This document shows positions 1-8,489 of a stretch of DNA of 15,819 nt, piece after piece. Within the stretch, counting starts at the first letter, position 1, and each line of letters begins with the position of its first letter. The position numbers and the translations under genes were made by a program. This DNA comes from a virus (taxonomy: Duplodnaviria; Heunggongvirae; Uroviricota; Caudoviricetes), in the IMG/VR virus record IMGVR_UViG_2737471850_000001, positions 1 to 15,819 of that record, one strand, 5' to 3'. A model generated the notes under the pieces. The model worked only from the letters and a program-made list of their open reading frames with translations. It searched no databases and was not told the origin of the DNA.

Positions 1-680
1 TTACTGAATCATCAACTCAAGATGAAGTAAATAAATTTGATACATTTGTATATATTGATGATGTGTCGTTTTCAGGAGAAAAGGCCATCAAATCGATAAG
101 TAATTTTGTTTTAAAATTTAATTTAAGAGATATTAAATTCAATGTATATTTTTTTTCATCTCATACGTTATCTGACTATAATATAAAAAGACGATTAGAA
201 TATATTTTTAAGGATAGAAACATTTTTGTACACGTGAAGAATGGTGGTATGCGTGAGGTTGAAAACCGAAAAAGTCGTTCTGCTCAATCAGGTGTTTTCT
301 GGCCAAGGAAATATAGTGTAGATACTCCCGAGAAATTCGAGGAGTGTGAGCTTTACAAAGGCGTATTCAGAGATGGATATGCCTCTTCTGATAGTTTTAG
401 AAATGAAGCCTCAAGGGATCGTTTCGAATCTATCCTTACTAAAGTCGGCTTTAATATCTTGCTGCACAGGAAAACCCCTAGTGAGGTGCTCAAACCTCTA
501 GGTTTTTCTACTTTTGACGGTTTGGGTTTTGGGGGAACAACATTTACTTATCGAAATTGCCCGAATAATGTGCCGCTGGCTTTTTGGTGGGGAGATTATG
601 AACCAACAGGTGCTCCCGCATTGGACTGCTGGTATCCACTAATGAAGCGGAATGGGTATAATGAGTGGTATGAGCTATAG
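1..680 (+). CDS. Hypothetical protein, 5'-partial (frame open to the window edge); likely co-operonic with the downstream NADAR gene
   Basis: Frame 3 is open from nt 3 to the TAG at 678-680; the ORF-track start at 63 is only the first in-window GTG, so the true start lies upstream of the window. Strongly AT-rich, unlike the neighbouring phage genes. Codons 45-83 encode FVYIDDVSFSGEK, which resembles a type I phosphoribosyltransferase PRPP-binding signature (inference only). No family recognised with confidence. Confidence 0.5.
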   Translation, partial: TESSTQDEVNKFDTFVYIDDVSFSGEKAIKSISNFVLKFNLRDIKFNVYFFSSHTLSDYNIKRRLEYIFKDRNIFVHVKNGGMREVENRKSRSAQSGVFWPRKYSVDTPEKFEECELYKGVFRDGYASSDSFRNEASRDRFESILTKVGFNILLHRKTPSEVLKPLGFSTFDGLGFGGTTFTYRNCPNNVPLAFWWGDYEPTGAPALDCWYPLMKRNGYNEWYEL

Positions 681-1281
681 ATTATATCCGCTACAGAACA
701 CAGTTTCCTTCAGGAAAACCACCGAAAAATGGGGGGGGCTTTCCAACATGGCTAAAGGATATCCATTGTTAATCAATGGGTTGCCTATTCAATCAAGTGA
801 AATCCTTTACCAAGCATGCCGATATCCAGACTATCCGGATATACAAAAGGCCATCATTACTCAAGGAAACCCCTATGAAGCCAAGCAGACCGCAAGATCG
901 TTTGAATCCAAAACTCGCGCAGGATGGGATAAGAATCGAGTTTCGATTATGAAGTGGTGTGTATGCGTAAAATTATGCCAGAACTGGGATACGTTCTTTG
1001 CGCTGTTAGACAGTACAGGCGACCATTTCATCGTGGAACACTCAGAGAAGGACCAATTCTGGGGTGCCAGTAAAGACCCAGAAGGTAACTATTATGGTAT
1101 GAACGTATTAGGGCGAATTCTCATGGACGTGAGAGGGGTTGCTAGGAAAAAGGGGGCTGATGGGTTTGCAACAATACCATCGCTATCTTTGGACAAATTT
1201 TTTCTCCTAGGCGAAAGAATTAAAGATGTAACATTTGTAGAGCCAACGCCTGGAGCAGGGCAAAGTTTATCCTTGTTTTAG
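652..1281 (+). CDS. NADAR-domain protein (YbiA-like, DUF1768/COG3236 N-glycosidase family)
   Basis: Translation aligns by eye to E. coli YbiA across the whole domain: GGLSNM vs GDFSNF; SSEILYQACRY vs TSEHYFQAQKF; PYEAKQTARS vs PMVAARMGRD; W-x3-R-x3-M; LLDSTGDHFIVEHSEKDQFWGA...GxNxLGRILMDVR vs LL-T...LVEHTENDAYWGDG...GKNRLGYLLMELR. Start is ambiguous (ATG at 652, 661 or 670); 670 fits the domain boundary and overlaps the upstream stop. Confidence 0.75.
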   Translation: MGIMSGMSYRLYPLQNTVSFRKTTEKWGGLSNMAKGYPLLINGLPIQSSEILYQACRYPDYPDIQKAIITQGNPYEAKQTARSFESKTRAGWDKNRVSIMKWCVCVKLCQNWDTFFALLDSTGDHFIVEHSEKDQFWGASKDPEGNYYGMNVLGRILMDVRGVARKKGADGFATIPSLSLDKFFLLGERIKDVTFVEPTPGAGQSLSLF

Positions 1282-1391
1282 CGTTCCATCTGGGGCATTT
1301 TCTTCCATAAATTAACTGGCGTACCTCCCTCGGCGTTTTTTTGTTGCCATAAAAGGTTTTTGATTTTCTATAATCAACCAGCCATAATCAT

Positions 1392-1420
1392 GTCACCGGA
1401 GCCTGAACAACTCCGGTGAC
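1392..1420. repeat. Perfect 10-bp inverted repeat (gtcaccggag / ctccggtgac) with a 9-nt spacer, upstream of ybcN
   Basis: Read directly: gtcaccggag cctgaacaa ctccggtgac. It lies between a TATAAT hexamer (1369-1374) and the ybcN RBS. No T-run follows, so it is more likely an operator or RNA structure than a classical terminator. Confidence 0.4.
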
Positions 1421-1541
1421 TTCTGCGCTAAACGGGGACGTTTATGCGCACATACAATCTAAACTCTCTTCTCCCGCCACAGATGCAGAAATGCACCTGC
1501 GATTTTTTGCATCCAGCGTTTGACCTCTGCGGAGGTGAAGC

Positions 1542-1997
1542 GTGAACCTCCCACAAGACGGCATCAAACTTCATCGCGGTAACTTCACCGCTATCGGTCA
1601 GCAGCTCCAGCCTTATCTGGAGGACGGCAAGTGCTTCCGCATGGTACTGAAGCCATGGCGCGATAAGCGCAGCCTGTCTCAAAATAGCTTAAGCCACATG
1701 TGGTACACCGAAATCAGCGAATACCTCATCAGCCGGGGTAAGACTTTCGCTACGCCAGAGTGGGTGAAGGATGCTCTGAAACACACTTATCTCGGTTATG
1801 AAACCAAAGAACTGGTTGATGTCGTAACCGGTGATATCACCACTATCCAGTCGTTACGCCATACCTCCGATCTTGATACCGGAGAGATGTATGTCTTCCT
1901 GTGTAAGGTTGAAGCCTGGGCGATGAATATTGGTTGCCACCTGACTATTCCGCAGCGCTGCGAGTTCCAGCTGCTGCGCGACAAGCAGGAGGCGTAA
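1542..1997 (+). CDS. ybcN: NinB-family recombination protein (YbcN-like, DNA base-flipping protein)
   Basis: 151 aa with GTG start and GGAGG RBS at 1531-1535. Matches K-12 DLP12 YbcN along its length from memory and shares the NinB core (RSLSQN...W) with lambda NinB. Stop overlaps the ninE start (TAATG). Confidence 0.88.
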   Translation: MNLPQDGIKLHRGNFTAIGQQLQPYLEDGKCFRMVLKPWRDKRSLSQNSLSHMWYTEISEYLISRGKTFATPEWVKDALKHTYLGYETKELVDVVTGDITTIQSLRHTSDLDTGEMYVFLCKVEAWAMNIGCHLTIPQRCEFQLLRDKQEA

Positions 1998-2167
1998 TGG
2001 CTACACCGCTTATTCGTGTCATGAACGGACACATCTACAAAGTACCAAATCGTCGTAAGCGTAAACCTGAGCTGAAGCCATCCGAAATACCAACTCTGCT
2101 CGGATATACCGCCAGCCTGGTTGATAAAAAATGGTTGCGACTGGCAGCAAGGAGGAATCATGGCTGA
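1997..2167 (+). CDS. ninE: NinE-family protein
   Basis: 56-aa ORF from the ATG at 1997, overlapping the ybcN stop. Basic RRKRKP patch and WLR...RR C-terminus resemble lambda NinE; position in the nin cluster is conserved. The ORF-track start at 1934 is an upstream in-frame extension. Confidence 0.8.
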   Translation: MATPLIRVMNGHIYKVPNRRKRKPELKPSEIPTLLGYTASLVDKKWLRLAARRNHG

Positions 2168-2450
2168 TTTGAGAAAAGCAGCGCGTGGTCGGGAATGCCA
2201 GGTAAGAATCCCTGGCGTATGTAATGGCAATTCTGAAACGTCTGTACTGGCACATATCCGGCTGGCTGGATTGTGCGGTACCGGTATCAAACCGCCAGAC
2301 CTGATTGCCACCATTGCATGTTCTGCCTGCCACGACGAAATCGACCGCCGCACACATTTTGTCGATGCTGCATATGCAAAAGAATGCGCGCTGGAAGGTA
2401 TGGCGAGAACACAGGTTATCTGGCTGAAAGAGGGGGTTATTAAGGCGTGA
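2160..2450 (+). CDS. ybcO: YbcO-like putative nuclease (DUF1364, Cys-rich)
   Basis: 96 aa from the ATG at 2160, with AGGAGG RBS at 2150-2155. Cys-rich segment [12 protein letters not shown]...[11 protein letters not shown]. Overlaps the ninE stop by 8 nt and the rusA start by 4 nt. Matches K-12 YbcO from memory. Confidence 0.85.
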   Translation: MADLRKAARGRECQVRIPGVCNGNSETSVLAHIRLAGLCGTGIKPPDLIATIACSACHDEIDRRTHFVDAAYAKECALEGMARTQVIWLKEGVIKA

Positions 2451-2809
2451 ATACCTACAGCATCACATTACCCTGGCCTCCGAGCAATAATCGCTATTAC
2501 CGCCATAATCGCGGGCGCACGCACATCAGCGCAGAAGGGCAGGCATACCGCGATAACGTCACCCGAATCATTAAAAACGCAATGCTGGATATCGGCCTGG
2601 CTATGCCAGTGAAAATCCGTATTGAGTGCCACATGCCGGATCGCCGTCGCCGTGACCTGGATAATCTGCAAAAAGCCGCTTTTGACGCACTCACCAAAGC
2701 AGGTTTCTGGCTGGATGATGCTCAGGTCGTTGATTACCGCGTTGTGAAGATGCCTGTTACCAAAGGTGGGAGGCTGGAACTGACCATCACCGAAATGGGG
2801 AATGAATGA
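2447..2809 (+). CDS. rusA: Holliday junction resolvase RusA
   Basis: 120 aa with GTG start overlapping the ybcO stop (GTGA). Sequence [23 protein letters not shown]... matches K-12 RusA nearly residue for residue from memory. Confidence 0.92.
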   Translation: MNTYSITLPWPPSNNRYYRHNRGRTHISAEGQAYRDNVTRIIKNAMLDIGLAMPVKIRIECHMPDRRRRDLDNLQKAAFDALTKAGFWLDDAQVVDYRVVKMPVTKGGRLELTITEMGNE

Positions 2810-2946
2810 TGTTTGAGTTTTATATGGCAGAACTTCTTCGCCACCGCTGGGGGCATCTGCGCTTATATCGTTTCCCCGGTTCTGTTTTGACCGATTACCG
2901 AATACTGAAGAATTACGCCAAAACCCTGACAGGAGCAGGAGTATGA
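2806..2946 (+). CDS. ylcG: Small protein YlcG (46 aa)
   Basis: Hand-translated; absent from the ORF track because it is under 60 aa. ATGATG start overlaps the rusA stop; product [46 protein letters not shown]. Position matches K-12 ylcG. Confidence 0.6.
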   Translation: MMFEFYMAELLRHRWGHLRLYRFPGSVLTDYRILKNYAKTLTGAGV

Positions 2947-3031
2947 AGTCAGAGATAACAATCAACTAATACTGTTTTGTTGATTTTTGCTTGTAATTGG
3001 CGTTCTGGTCTGATTTTTGTGGAGTAAGTTG

Positions 3032-3415
3032 ATGCGTGATATTCAGATGGTTCTTGAGCGTTGGGGAGCGTGGGCGGCTAATAATCATGAAGATGTGACC
3101 TGGTCGTCCATTGCCGCCGGTTTTAAGGGATTAATTACTTCAAAAGTAAAATCTCGCCCGCAATGTTGTGACGATGACGCGATGATTATTTGCGGGTGCA
3201 TGGCCCGTCTGAAAAAGAACAACAGCGATTTGCACGATTTATTAGTAGATTATTATGTAGTCGGTATGACATTCATGTCACTGGCAGGTAAGCATTGCTG
3301 CTCTGATGGTTATATCGGGAAAAGGTTACAGAAGGCTGAGGGCATAATTGAAGGGATGTTAATGGCATTAGATATCCGGTTAGAGATGGATATCGTTGTT
3401 AATAACTCTAATTAA
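3032..3415 (+). CDS. quuD: Late-gene antiterminator Q (phage 21/82-type)
   Basis: 127 aa from the ATG at 3032 with GGAG 7 nt upstream. [22 protein letters not shown]... matches K-12 QuuD from memory. The ORF-track start at 3017 (TTG) is an upstream extension. Confidence 0.9.
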   Translation: MRDIQMVLERWGAWAANNHEDVTWSSIAAGFKGLITSKVKSRPQCCDDDAMIICGCMARLKKNNSDLHDLLVDYYVVGMTFMSLAGKHCCSDGYIGKRLQKAEGIIEGMLMALDIRLEMDIVVNNSN

Positions 3416-3448
3416 TATGCCAATTGTTTACTAAAAATTATTAAAAAT

Positions 3449-3466
3449 GGGGCGTTGCAACGCCCC
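3449..3466. repeat. Perfect 18-bp GC-rich palindrome GGGGCGTTGCAACGCCCC downstream of Q
   Basis: Read directly; it is its own reverse complement. Lies in the expected late promoter / qut / early-transcribed region, flanked by AT-rich sequence. Confidence 0.6.
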
Positions 3467-3532
3467 CAAAAATAAAGGGTAATATATAACAGAAGGTTTA
3501 TATAGTTAGAAGCAAGGTTGTGCTCCTAAAGG

Positions 3533-3595
3533 AAGTGGCTTGAGGGAGCCACTTATATGTTGGGGAGGCAAAGCCTCCCGCAACATATCTTTTAG
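3533..3595 (+). terminator. Tandem hairpins ending in a short T-run; candidate tR'-like late terminator, shared as 3' terminator of the convergent porin gene
   Basis: Hairpin A: aagtggct / tgaggg / agccactt (3533-3554). Hairpin B: atatgttggggaggc / aaa / gcctcccgcaacatat (3555-3588) followed by cttttag. Lies between the Q stop and the minus-strand porin stop at 3604. Confidence 0.5.
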
Positions 3596-3603
3596 TAATC
3601 AAA

Positions 3604-4686
3604 TTAGAACTGGTAAACCATACCTACAGCAACGATATCATCGGTAGCAACGCCAGATGCTTTCGTGAAATCGCTCTTATCAATCAGGTTGATTTTGTAA
3701 TCAACAAAAGTGGACATATTTTTGTTGAAGTAATAGGTTGCACCTACATCAATATATTCAACCAGGTCCTGATCACCCCACGCACCCAAGTCTTTTCCTT
3801 TAGATTGCAGGTAAGCAACGGACGGACGCAGACCGAAGTCGAACTGATATTGTGCAACTACTTCGAAGTTTTGTGCTTTGTTGGCAATATGGTTATTACC
3901 AAAAACAGTCATGTTCTGGGTTTCAGAATAGGTGGTAGCCAGATAGATGTTGTTCGCATCATATTTCAGACCAGCTGCCCATACTTCAGCATTTTGACCA
4001 GATGCATTCAGGCTGTTGTTACCGTAGATAACCTGATTATTAGTGCGGTCAGATTTAGCATAGGTTGCACCTACACCGAATCCTTCATACTCATAAGTAG
4101 TGGAGAAACCGAAACCATCACCATTAGCTTCAGTTACGTCAGTGCGGTCATTTTTACCCTGATACTGAGCAGCAAAGTTCAGACCATCAACCAGACCAAA
4201 GAAGTCGTTGTTACGATAAGTTGCAACACCAGTGGTGCGACCAGTCATGAACACATCTGTTTGGGTCCAGGTATCGCCACCGAATTCTGGCAGAACGTCA
4301 GTCCACGCACCGATGTCATATGCTACACCGTAGTTACGGCTGTAATCGATTGAGCCGTAGTCCCCGAATTTCAGGCCTGCAAATGCAAGACGGGTTTTGT
4401 CTTTGGAGGAGCCTTGAGATTCAGCGCGGTTGCCTTTGAATTCATATTCCCACTGACCGAAACCAGTCAGTTGATCGTTGATTTGGGTTTCACCTTTGAA
4501 GCCAAGACGGGCATAAGTAGTATCACCATCATCTGCATCATTAGAGGAGAAGTAGTGCTTGGCATTAACTTTCCCATATAGATCCAGCTTGTTACTGTCT
4601 TTATTATAAATTTCAGCTGCCTGAGCAGACATCGCCATCAGTACTGATGCAGCTACAGCAGAAATTGCCACTGTTAATTTTTTCAT
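3604..4686 (-). CDS. nmpC: Outer-membrane general porin, NmpC/OmpD/Lc family (phage moron)
   Basis: Start at [23 protein letters not shown] (signal peptide, ATG at 4684-4686); the ORF track extends to 4746. Ends in the porin-typical ...VGMVYQF. Same minus-strand position between Q and the lysis genes as DLP12 nmpC, but uninterrupted in this window. Confidence 0.88.
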   Translation of the reverse strand: MKKLTVAISAVAASVLMAMSAQAAEIYNKDSNKLDLYGKVNAKHYFSSNDADDGDTTYARLGFKGETQINDQLTGFGQWEYEFKGNRAESQGSSKDKTRLAFAGLKFGDYGSIDYSRNYGVAYDIGAWTDVLPEFGGDTWTQTDVFMTGRTTGVATYRNNDFFGLVDGLNFAAQYQGKNDRTDVTEANGDGFGFSTTYEYEGFGVGATYAKSDRTNNQVIYGNNSLNASGQNAEVWAAGLKYDANNIYLATTYSETQNMTVFGNNHIANKAQNFEVVAQYQFDFGLRPSVAYLQSKGKDLGAWGDQDLVEYIDVGATYYFNKNMSTFVDYKINLIDKSDFTKASGVATDDIVAVGMVYQF

Positions 4687-5273
4687 CGTGAGCCCTTTTT
4701 TTGAACTATTATTAAAAAATGATGTCACTGCGCGATAAATATTCATCTAATCAATGTGATTATTTCAAGATGTAAGTTTTAGTTTCTCATTTAATTTGTG
4801 AAGTAGATCTCTATTTTTATCTGAACTTTTTCTATCGAAACCTATTTGTGGCTCTTATTTGAACAAAAATAAACCTATTAGCTAATTTATATTAATGGTT
4901 GTTATTTATGGAGGTTCTATAATTCGGCAGTTTAATTTAAATCAACTAAAAATAACGTCTGAAATTATTTATTGGTTATTTGTTGAGGTTTTCTTATGTA
5001 TTTGTGGTGGTGTTTTGAACACTCGGTAGCATTCTCATAAATATCATTCAGTGGTTTACGTACGTAAAAAATTGGTTATGCTGTTAAGAGTGGTTACTTC
5101 GTCACACAGCTTAAACCCGCCGTCGAGCTGGTTTTTCCATTTTCTGAGTCTCGATATTAGCTGATAACTCAATACCTGAGTTATTCACTGACTCCGAGTC
5201 TGTTACGTTTCTGCTTTTTTGCGATACGTTGTATTCCCTCAATTTACACCCGCTTTGTCTGCGAGGTGGGGTT

Positions 5274-5489
5274 ATGAAATCCATGGATAAGTTAACAACG
5301 GGTGTCGCCTATGGCACCTCAGCAGGTAGTGCCGGTTACTGGTTTTTACAGCTGCTCGATAAAGTCACGCCCTCACAGTGGGCAGCAATAGGTGTGCTGG
5401 GTAGCCTGGTATTTGGCCTGCTGACGTACCTGACAAACCTTTATTTCAAGATTAAAGAAGATAAGCGCAAGGCTGCGAGAGGTGAATAA
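5274..5489 (+). CDS. essD: Pinholin (phage 21 S21-like class II holin) with dual-start motif
   Basis: 71 aa from MKSMDK (M1/M4 dual start). [18 protein letters not shown]...[22 protein letters not shown] gives two TMDs and a charged C-terminus, matching K-12 EssD / S21 from memory. Stop overlaps the rrrD start (TAATG). Confidence 0.88.
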
Positions 5490-5986
5490 TGCCTCCATCA
5501 TTACGAAAAGCCGTTGCTGCTGCTATTGGTGGCGGAGCAATTGCTATAGCATCAGTGTTAATCACTGGCCCAAGTGGTAACGATGGTCTGGAAGGTGTCA
5601 GCTACATACCATACAAAGATATTGTTGGTGTATGGACTGTATGTCACGGGCATACAGGAAAAGACATCATGCTCGGTAAAACGTATACCAAAGCAGAATG
5701 CAAAGCCCTCCTGAATAAAGACCTTGCCACGGTCGCCAGACAAATTAACCCGTACATAAAAGTTGATATACCGGAAACAACGCGCGGCGCTCTTTACTCG
5801 TTCGTTTACAACGTGGGCGCTGGCAATTTCAGAACATCGACGCTTCTTCGCAAAATAAACCAGGGCGATATCAAAGGCGCATGTGATCAGCTACGTCGCT
5901 GGACATATGCTGGCGGTAAGCAATGGAAAGGTCTCATGACTCGTCGTGAGATTGAGCGTGAAATCTGTTTGTGGGGTCAGCAATGA
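5489..5986 (+). CDS. rrrD: SAR endolysin (signal-anchor-release lysozyme, R21-like)
   Basis: 165 aa with an N-terminal weakly hydrophobic Gly/Ala-rich SAR segment ([18 protein letters not shown]), then a T4-lysozyme-like catalytic region ([12 protein letters not shown]...T). Matches K-12 RrrD from memory. Confidence 0.9.
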   Translation: MPPSLRKAVAAAIGGGAIAIASVLITGPSGNDGLEGVSYIPYKDIVGVWTVCHGHTGKDIMLGKTYTKAECKALLNKDLATVARQINPYIKVDIPETTRGALYSFVYNVGAGNFRTSTLLRKINQGDIKGACDQLRRWTYAGGKQWKGLMTRREIEREICLWGQQ

Positions 5987-6444
5987 ACAGAGTAACCGCG
6001 ATTATCTCCGCTCTGGTTATCTGCATCATCGTCTGCCTGTCATGGGCTGTTAATCATTACCGTGATAACGCCATTACCTACAAAGCCCAGCGCGACAAAA
6101 ATGCCAGAGAACTGAAGCTGGCGAACGCGGCAATTACTGACATGCAGATGCGCCAGCGTGATGTTGCTGCACTGGATGAAAAATACACGAAGGAGTTAGC
6201 TAATGCGAAAGCTGAAAATGATGCTCTGCGTGATGATGTTGCCGCTGGTCGTCGTCGGTTGCACATCAAAGCAGTCTGTCAGTCAGTGCGTGAAGCCACC
6301 ACCGCCTCCGGCGTGGATAATGCAGCCTCCCCCCGACTGGCAGACACCGCTGAACGGGATTATTTCACCCTCAGAGAGAGGCTGATCACTATGCAAAAAC
6401 AACTGGAAGGAACCCAGAAGTATATTAATGAGCAGTGCAGATAG
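5983..6444 (+). CDS. rzpD: i-spanin (Rz-like)
   Basis: Start at MNRV (ATG 5983, overlapping the rrrD stop). N-terminal [16 protein letters not shown] followed by a coiled-coil-like charged region. Position immediately after the endolysin. Confidence 0.85.
   Translation: MNRVTAIISALVICIIVCLSWAVNHYRDNAITYKAQRDKNARELKLANAAITDMQMRQRDVAALDEKYTKELANAKAENDALRDDVAAGRRRLHIKAVCQSVREATTASGVDNAASPRLADTAERDYFTLRERLITMQKQLEGTQKYINEQCR
6203..6385 (+). CDS. rzoD: o-spanin lipoprotein (Rz1-like), nested in the +1 frame of rzpD
   Basis: 60 aa; signal peptide with lipobox VVGC; proline-rich [16 protein letters not shown]. Entirely embedded in rzpD in a different frame, the canonical Rz/Rz1 arrangement. Confidence 0.85.
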   Translation: MRKLKMMLCVMMLPLVVVGCTSKQSVSQCVKPPPPPAWIMQPPPDWQTPLNGIISPSERG

Positions 6445-6468
6445 AGTTGCCCATATCGATGGGCAACT
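6445..6468. terminator. Hairpin between convergent rzpD and borD (possible bidirectional terminator)
   Basis: agttgccca / tatcga / tgggcaact: 9-bp perfect stem, 6-nt loop, starting right after the rzpD stop and ending 8 nt before the borD stop on the other strand. Confidence 0.5.
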
Positions 6469-6475
6469 CATGCAA

Positions 6476-6769
6476 TTATTGTGAGCAATACACACGCGCT
6501 TCCAGCGGAGTATAAATGCCTAAAGTAATAAAACCGAGCAATCCATTTACGAATGTTTGCTGGGTTTCTGTTTTAACAACATTTTCTGCGCCGCCACAAA
6601 TTTTGGCTGCATCGACAGTTTTCTTCTGCCCAATTCCAGAAACGAAGAAATGATGGGTGATGGTTTCCTTTGGTGCTACTGCTGCCGGTTTGTTTTGAAC
6701 AGTAAACGTCTGTTGAGCACATCCTGTAATAAGCAGGGCCAGCGCAGTAGCGAGTAGCATTTTTTTCAT
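6476..6769 (-). CDS. borD: Bor lipoprotein (lambda Bor family, serum-resistance associated)
   Basis: 97 aa; signal peptide with lipobox LITGC; sequence matches lambda Bor / K-12 BorD from memory. Minus strand, as in lambda. Confidence 0.9.
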   Translation of the reverse strand: MKKMLLATALALLITGCAQQTFTVQNKPAAVAPKETITHHFFVSGIGQKKTVDAAKICGGAENVVKTETQQTFVNGLLGFITLGIYTPLEARVYCSQ

Positions 6770-7059
6770 GGTGTTATTCCCGATGCTTTTTGAAGTTCGC
6801 AGAATCGTATGTGTAGAAAATTAAACAAACCCTAAACAATGAGTTGAAATTTCATATTGTTAATATTTATTAATGTATGTCAGGTGCGATGAATCGTCAT
6901 TGTATTCCCGGATTAACTATGTCCACAGCCCTGACGGGGAACTTCTCTGCGGGAGTGTCCGGGAATAATTAAAAACGATGCACACAGGGTTTAGCGCGTA
7001 CACGTATTGCATTATGCCAACGCCCCGGTGCTGACACGGAAGAAACCGGACGTTATGAT

Positions 7060-7512
7060 TTAGCGTGGAAAGATTTGTGTAGTGTTCTGAATGCTCTCAG
7101 TAAATAGTAATGAATTATCAAAGGTATAGTAATATCTTTTATGTTCATGGATATTTGTAACCCATCGGAAAACTCCTGCTTTAGCAAGATTTTCCCTGTA
7201 TTGCTGAAATGTGATTTCTCTTGATTTCAACCTATCATAGGACGTTTCTATAAGATGCGTGTTTCTTGAGAATTTAACATTTACAACCTTTTTAAGTCCT
7301 TTTATTAACACGGTGTTATCGTTTTCTAACACGATGTGAATATTATCTGTGGCTAGATAGTAAATATAATGTGAGACGTTGTGACGTTTTAGTTCAGAAT
7401 AAAACAATTCACAGTTTAAATCTTTTCGCACTTGATCGAATATTTCTTTAAAAATGGCAACCTGAGCCATTGGTAAAACCTTCCATGTGATACGAGGGCG
7501 CGTAGTTTGCAT
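7060..7512 (-). CDS. ybcV: YbcV-like protein (DUF1398 family)
   Basis: ORF with the same stop runs up to a GTG at 7593 (177 aa). The internal ATG at 7510-7512 ([17 protein letters not shown]..., 150 aa) is my preferred start by recalled homologue length; neither start has a strong SD. Position between bor and ybcW as in DLP12. Confidence 0.7.
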   Translation of the reverse strand: MQTTRPRITWKVLPMAQVAIFKEIFDQVRKDLNCELFYSELKRHNVSHYIYYLATDNIHIVLENDNTVLIKGLKKVVNVKFSRNTHLIETSYDRLKSREITFQQYRENLAKAGVFRWVTNIHEHKRYYYTFDNSLLFTESIQNTTQIFPR

Positions 7513-7755
7513 TATCGTTTTTATCGTTTCAATCTGGTCTGACCTCTTTGTGTTTTGTTGATGATTTATGTCAAATATTAGGAATGTTTTCACTTAATAG
7601 TATTGGTTGCGTAACAAAGTGCGGTCCTGCTGGCATTCTGGAGGGAAATACAACCGACAGATGTATGTAAGGCCAACGTGCTCAAATCTTCATACAGAAA
7701 GATTTGAAGTAATATTTTAACCGCTAGATGAAGAGCAAGCGCATGGAGCGACAAA

Positions 7756-7962
7756 ATGAATAAAGAACAATCTGCTGATGATCCCTCCGTGGATCTGATT
7801 CGTGTAAAAAATATGCTTAATAGCACCATTTCTATGAGTTACCCTGATGTTGTAATTGCATGTATAGAACATAAGGTGTCTCTGGAAGCATTCAGAGCAA
7901 TTGAGGCAGCGTTGGTGAAGCACGATAATAATATGAAGGATTATTCCCTGGTGGTTGACTGA
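7756..7962 (+). CDS. ybcW: YbcW-like small protein
   Basis: 68 aa, [21 protein letters not shown]...; matches K-12 YbcW in length and position from memory. Confidence 0.75.
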
Positions 7963-8126
7963 TCACCATAACTGCTAATCATTCAAACTATTTAGCCTGT
8001 GACAGAGCCAACACGCAGTCTGTCACTGTCAGGAAAGTGGTAAAACTGCAACTCAATTACTGCAATGCCCTCGTAATTAAGTGAATTTACAATATCGTCC
8101 TGTTCGGAGGGAAGAACGCGGGATGT

Positions 8127-8321
8127 TCATTCTTCATCACTTTTAATTGATGTATATGCTCTCTTTTCTGACGTTAGTCTCCGACGGCAGGCTTCAATGA
8201 CCCAGGCTGAGAAATTCCCGGACCCTTTTTGCTCAAGAGCGATGTTAATTTGTTCAATCATTTGGTTAGGAAAGCGGATGTTGCGGGTTGTTGTTCTGCG
8301 GGTTCTGTTCTTCGTTGACAT
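8127..8321 (-). CDS. ylcI: YlcI-like small protein (DUF3950)
   Basis: 64 aa, MSTKNRTRRTTTRNIRFPNQMIEQINIALEQKG...; basic N-terminus; minus strand just upstream of cos, as in DLP12. Confidence 0.75.
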   Translation of the reverse strand: MSTKNRTRRTTTRNIRFPNQMIEQINIALEQKGSGNFSAWVIEACRRRLTSEKRAYTSIKSDEE

Positions 8322-8489
8322 GAGGTTGCCCCGTATTCAGTGTCGCTGATTTGTATTGTCTGAAGTTGTTTTTACGTTAAGTTGATGCAGATCAATTAAT
8401 ACGATACCTGCGTCATAATTGATTATTTGACGTGGTTTGATGGCGTAGATGCACGTTGTGACATGTAGATGATAATTATTATCATTTTG

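Noticed and set aside
63-680. ORF-track start at 63 for the first gene
   Set aside because: The frame is open all the way to the window edge with no upstream stop, so 63 is only the first in-window GTG. The gene is treated as 5'-partial.
1428-1682. 84-aa minus-strand ORF overlapping the ybcN start
   Set aside because: It overlaps a well-supported NinB-family gene on the opposite strand and has no RBS or recognisable product.
1796-2965. Minus-strand ORFs (1796-2353, 2019-2357, 2468-2965, 2497-2697) antisense to the nin genes
   Set aside because: They lie entirely antisense to the conserved, translationally coupled ninE/ybcO/rusA/ylcG genes. Long antisense ORFs are expected by chance in GC-rich coding sequence.
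3805-4353. 182-aa plus-strand ORF inside the porin gene
   Set aside because: It is antisense to a porin with a clear signal peptide and conserved C-terminus, and its product is a low-complexity, Cys- and Ile-rich artefact.
5558-6495. Minus-strand ORFs (5558-5743, 6078-6269, 6283-6495) within the lysis cassette
   Set aside because: They are antisense to the endolysin and spanin genes. The only genuine embedded gene here is rzoD, on the plus strand in the +1 frame.
6557-6757. 66-aa plus-strand ORF overlapping borD
   Set aside because: It is antisense to the Bor lipoprotein gene and has no supporting signals.
6903-6967. 9-bp inverted repeat (tattcccgg ... ccgggaata) upstream of borD
   Set aside because: The 47-bp spacer makes a stable hairpin unlikely, and a short repeat in AT-rich promoter DNA can arise by chance.
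7590-7923. Minus-strand ORFs 7590-7829 and 7717-7923 between ybcV and ybcW
   Set aside because: They overlap ybcW on the opposite strand and the ybcV upstream region. No RBS or homology recognised.
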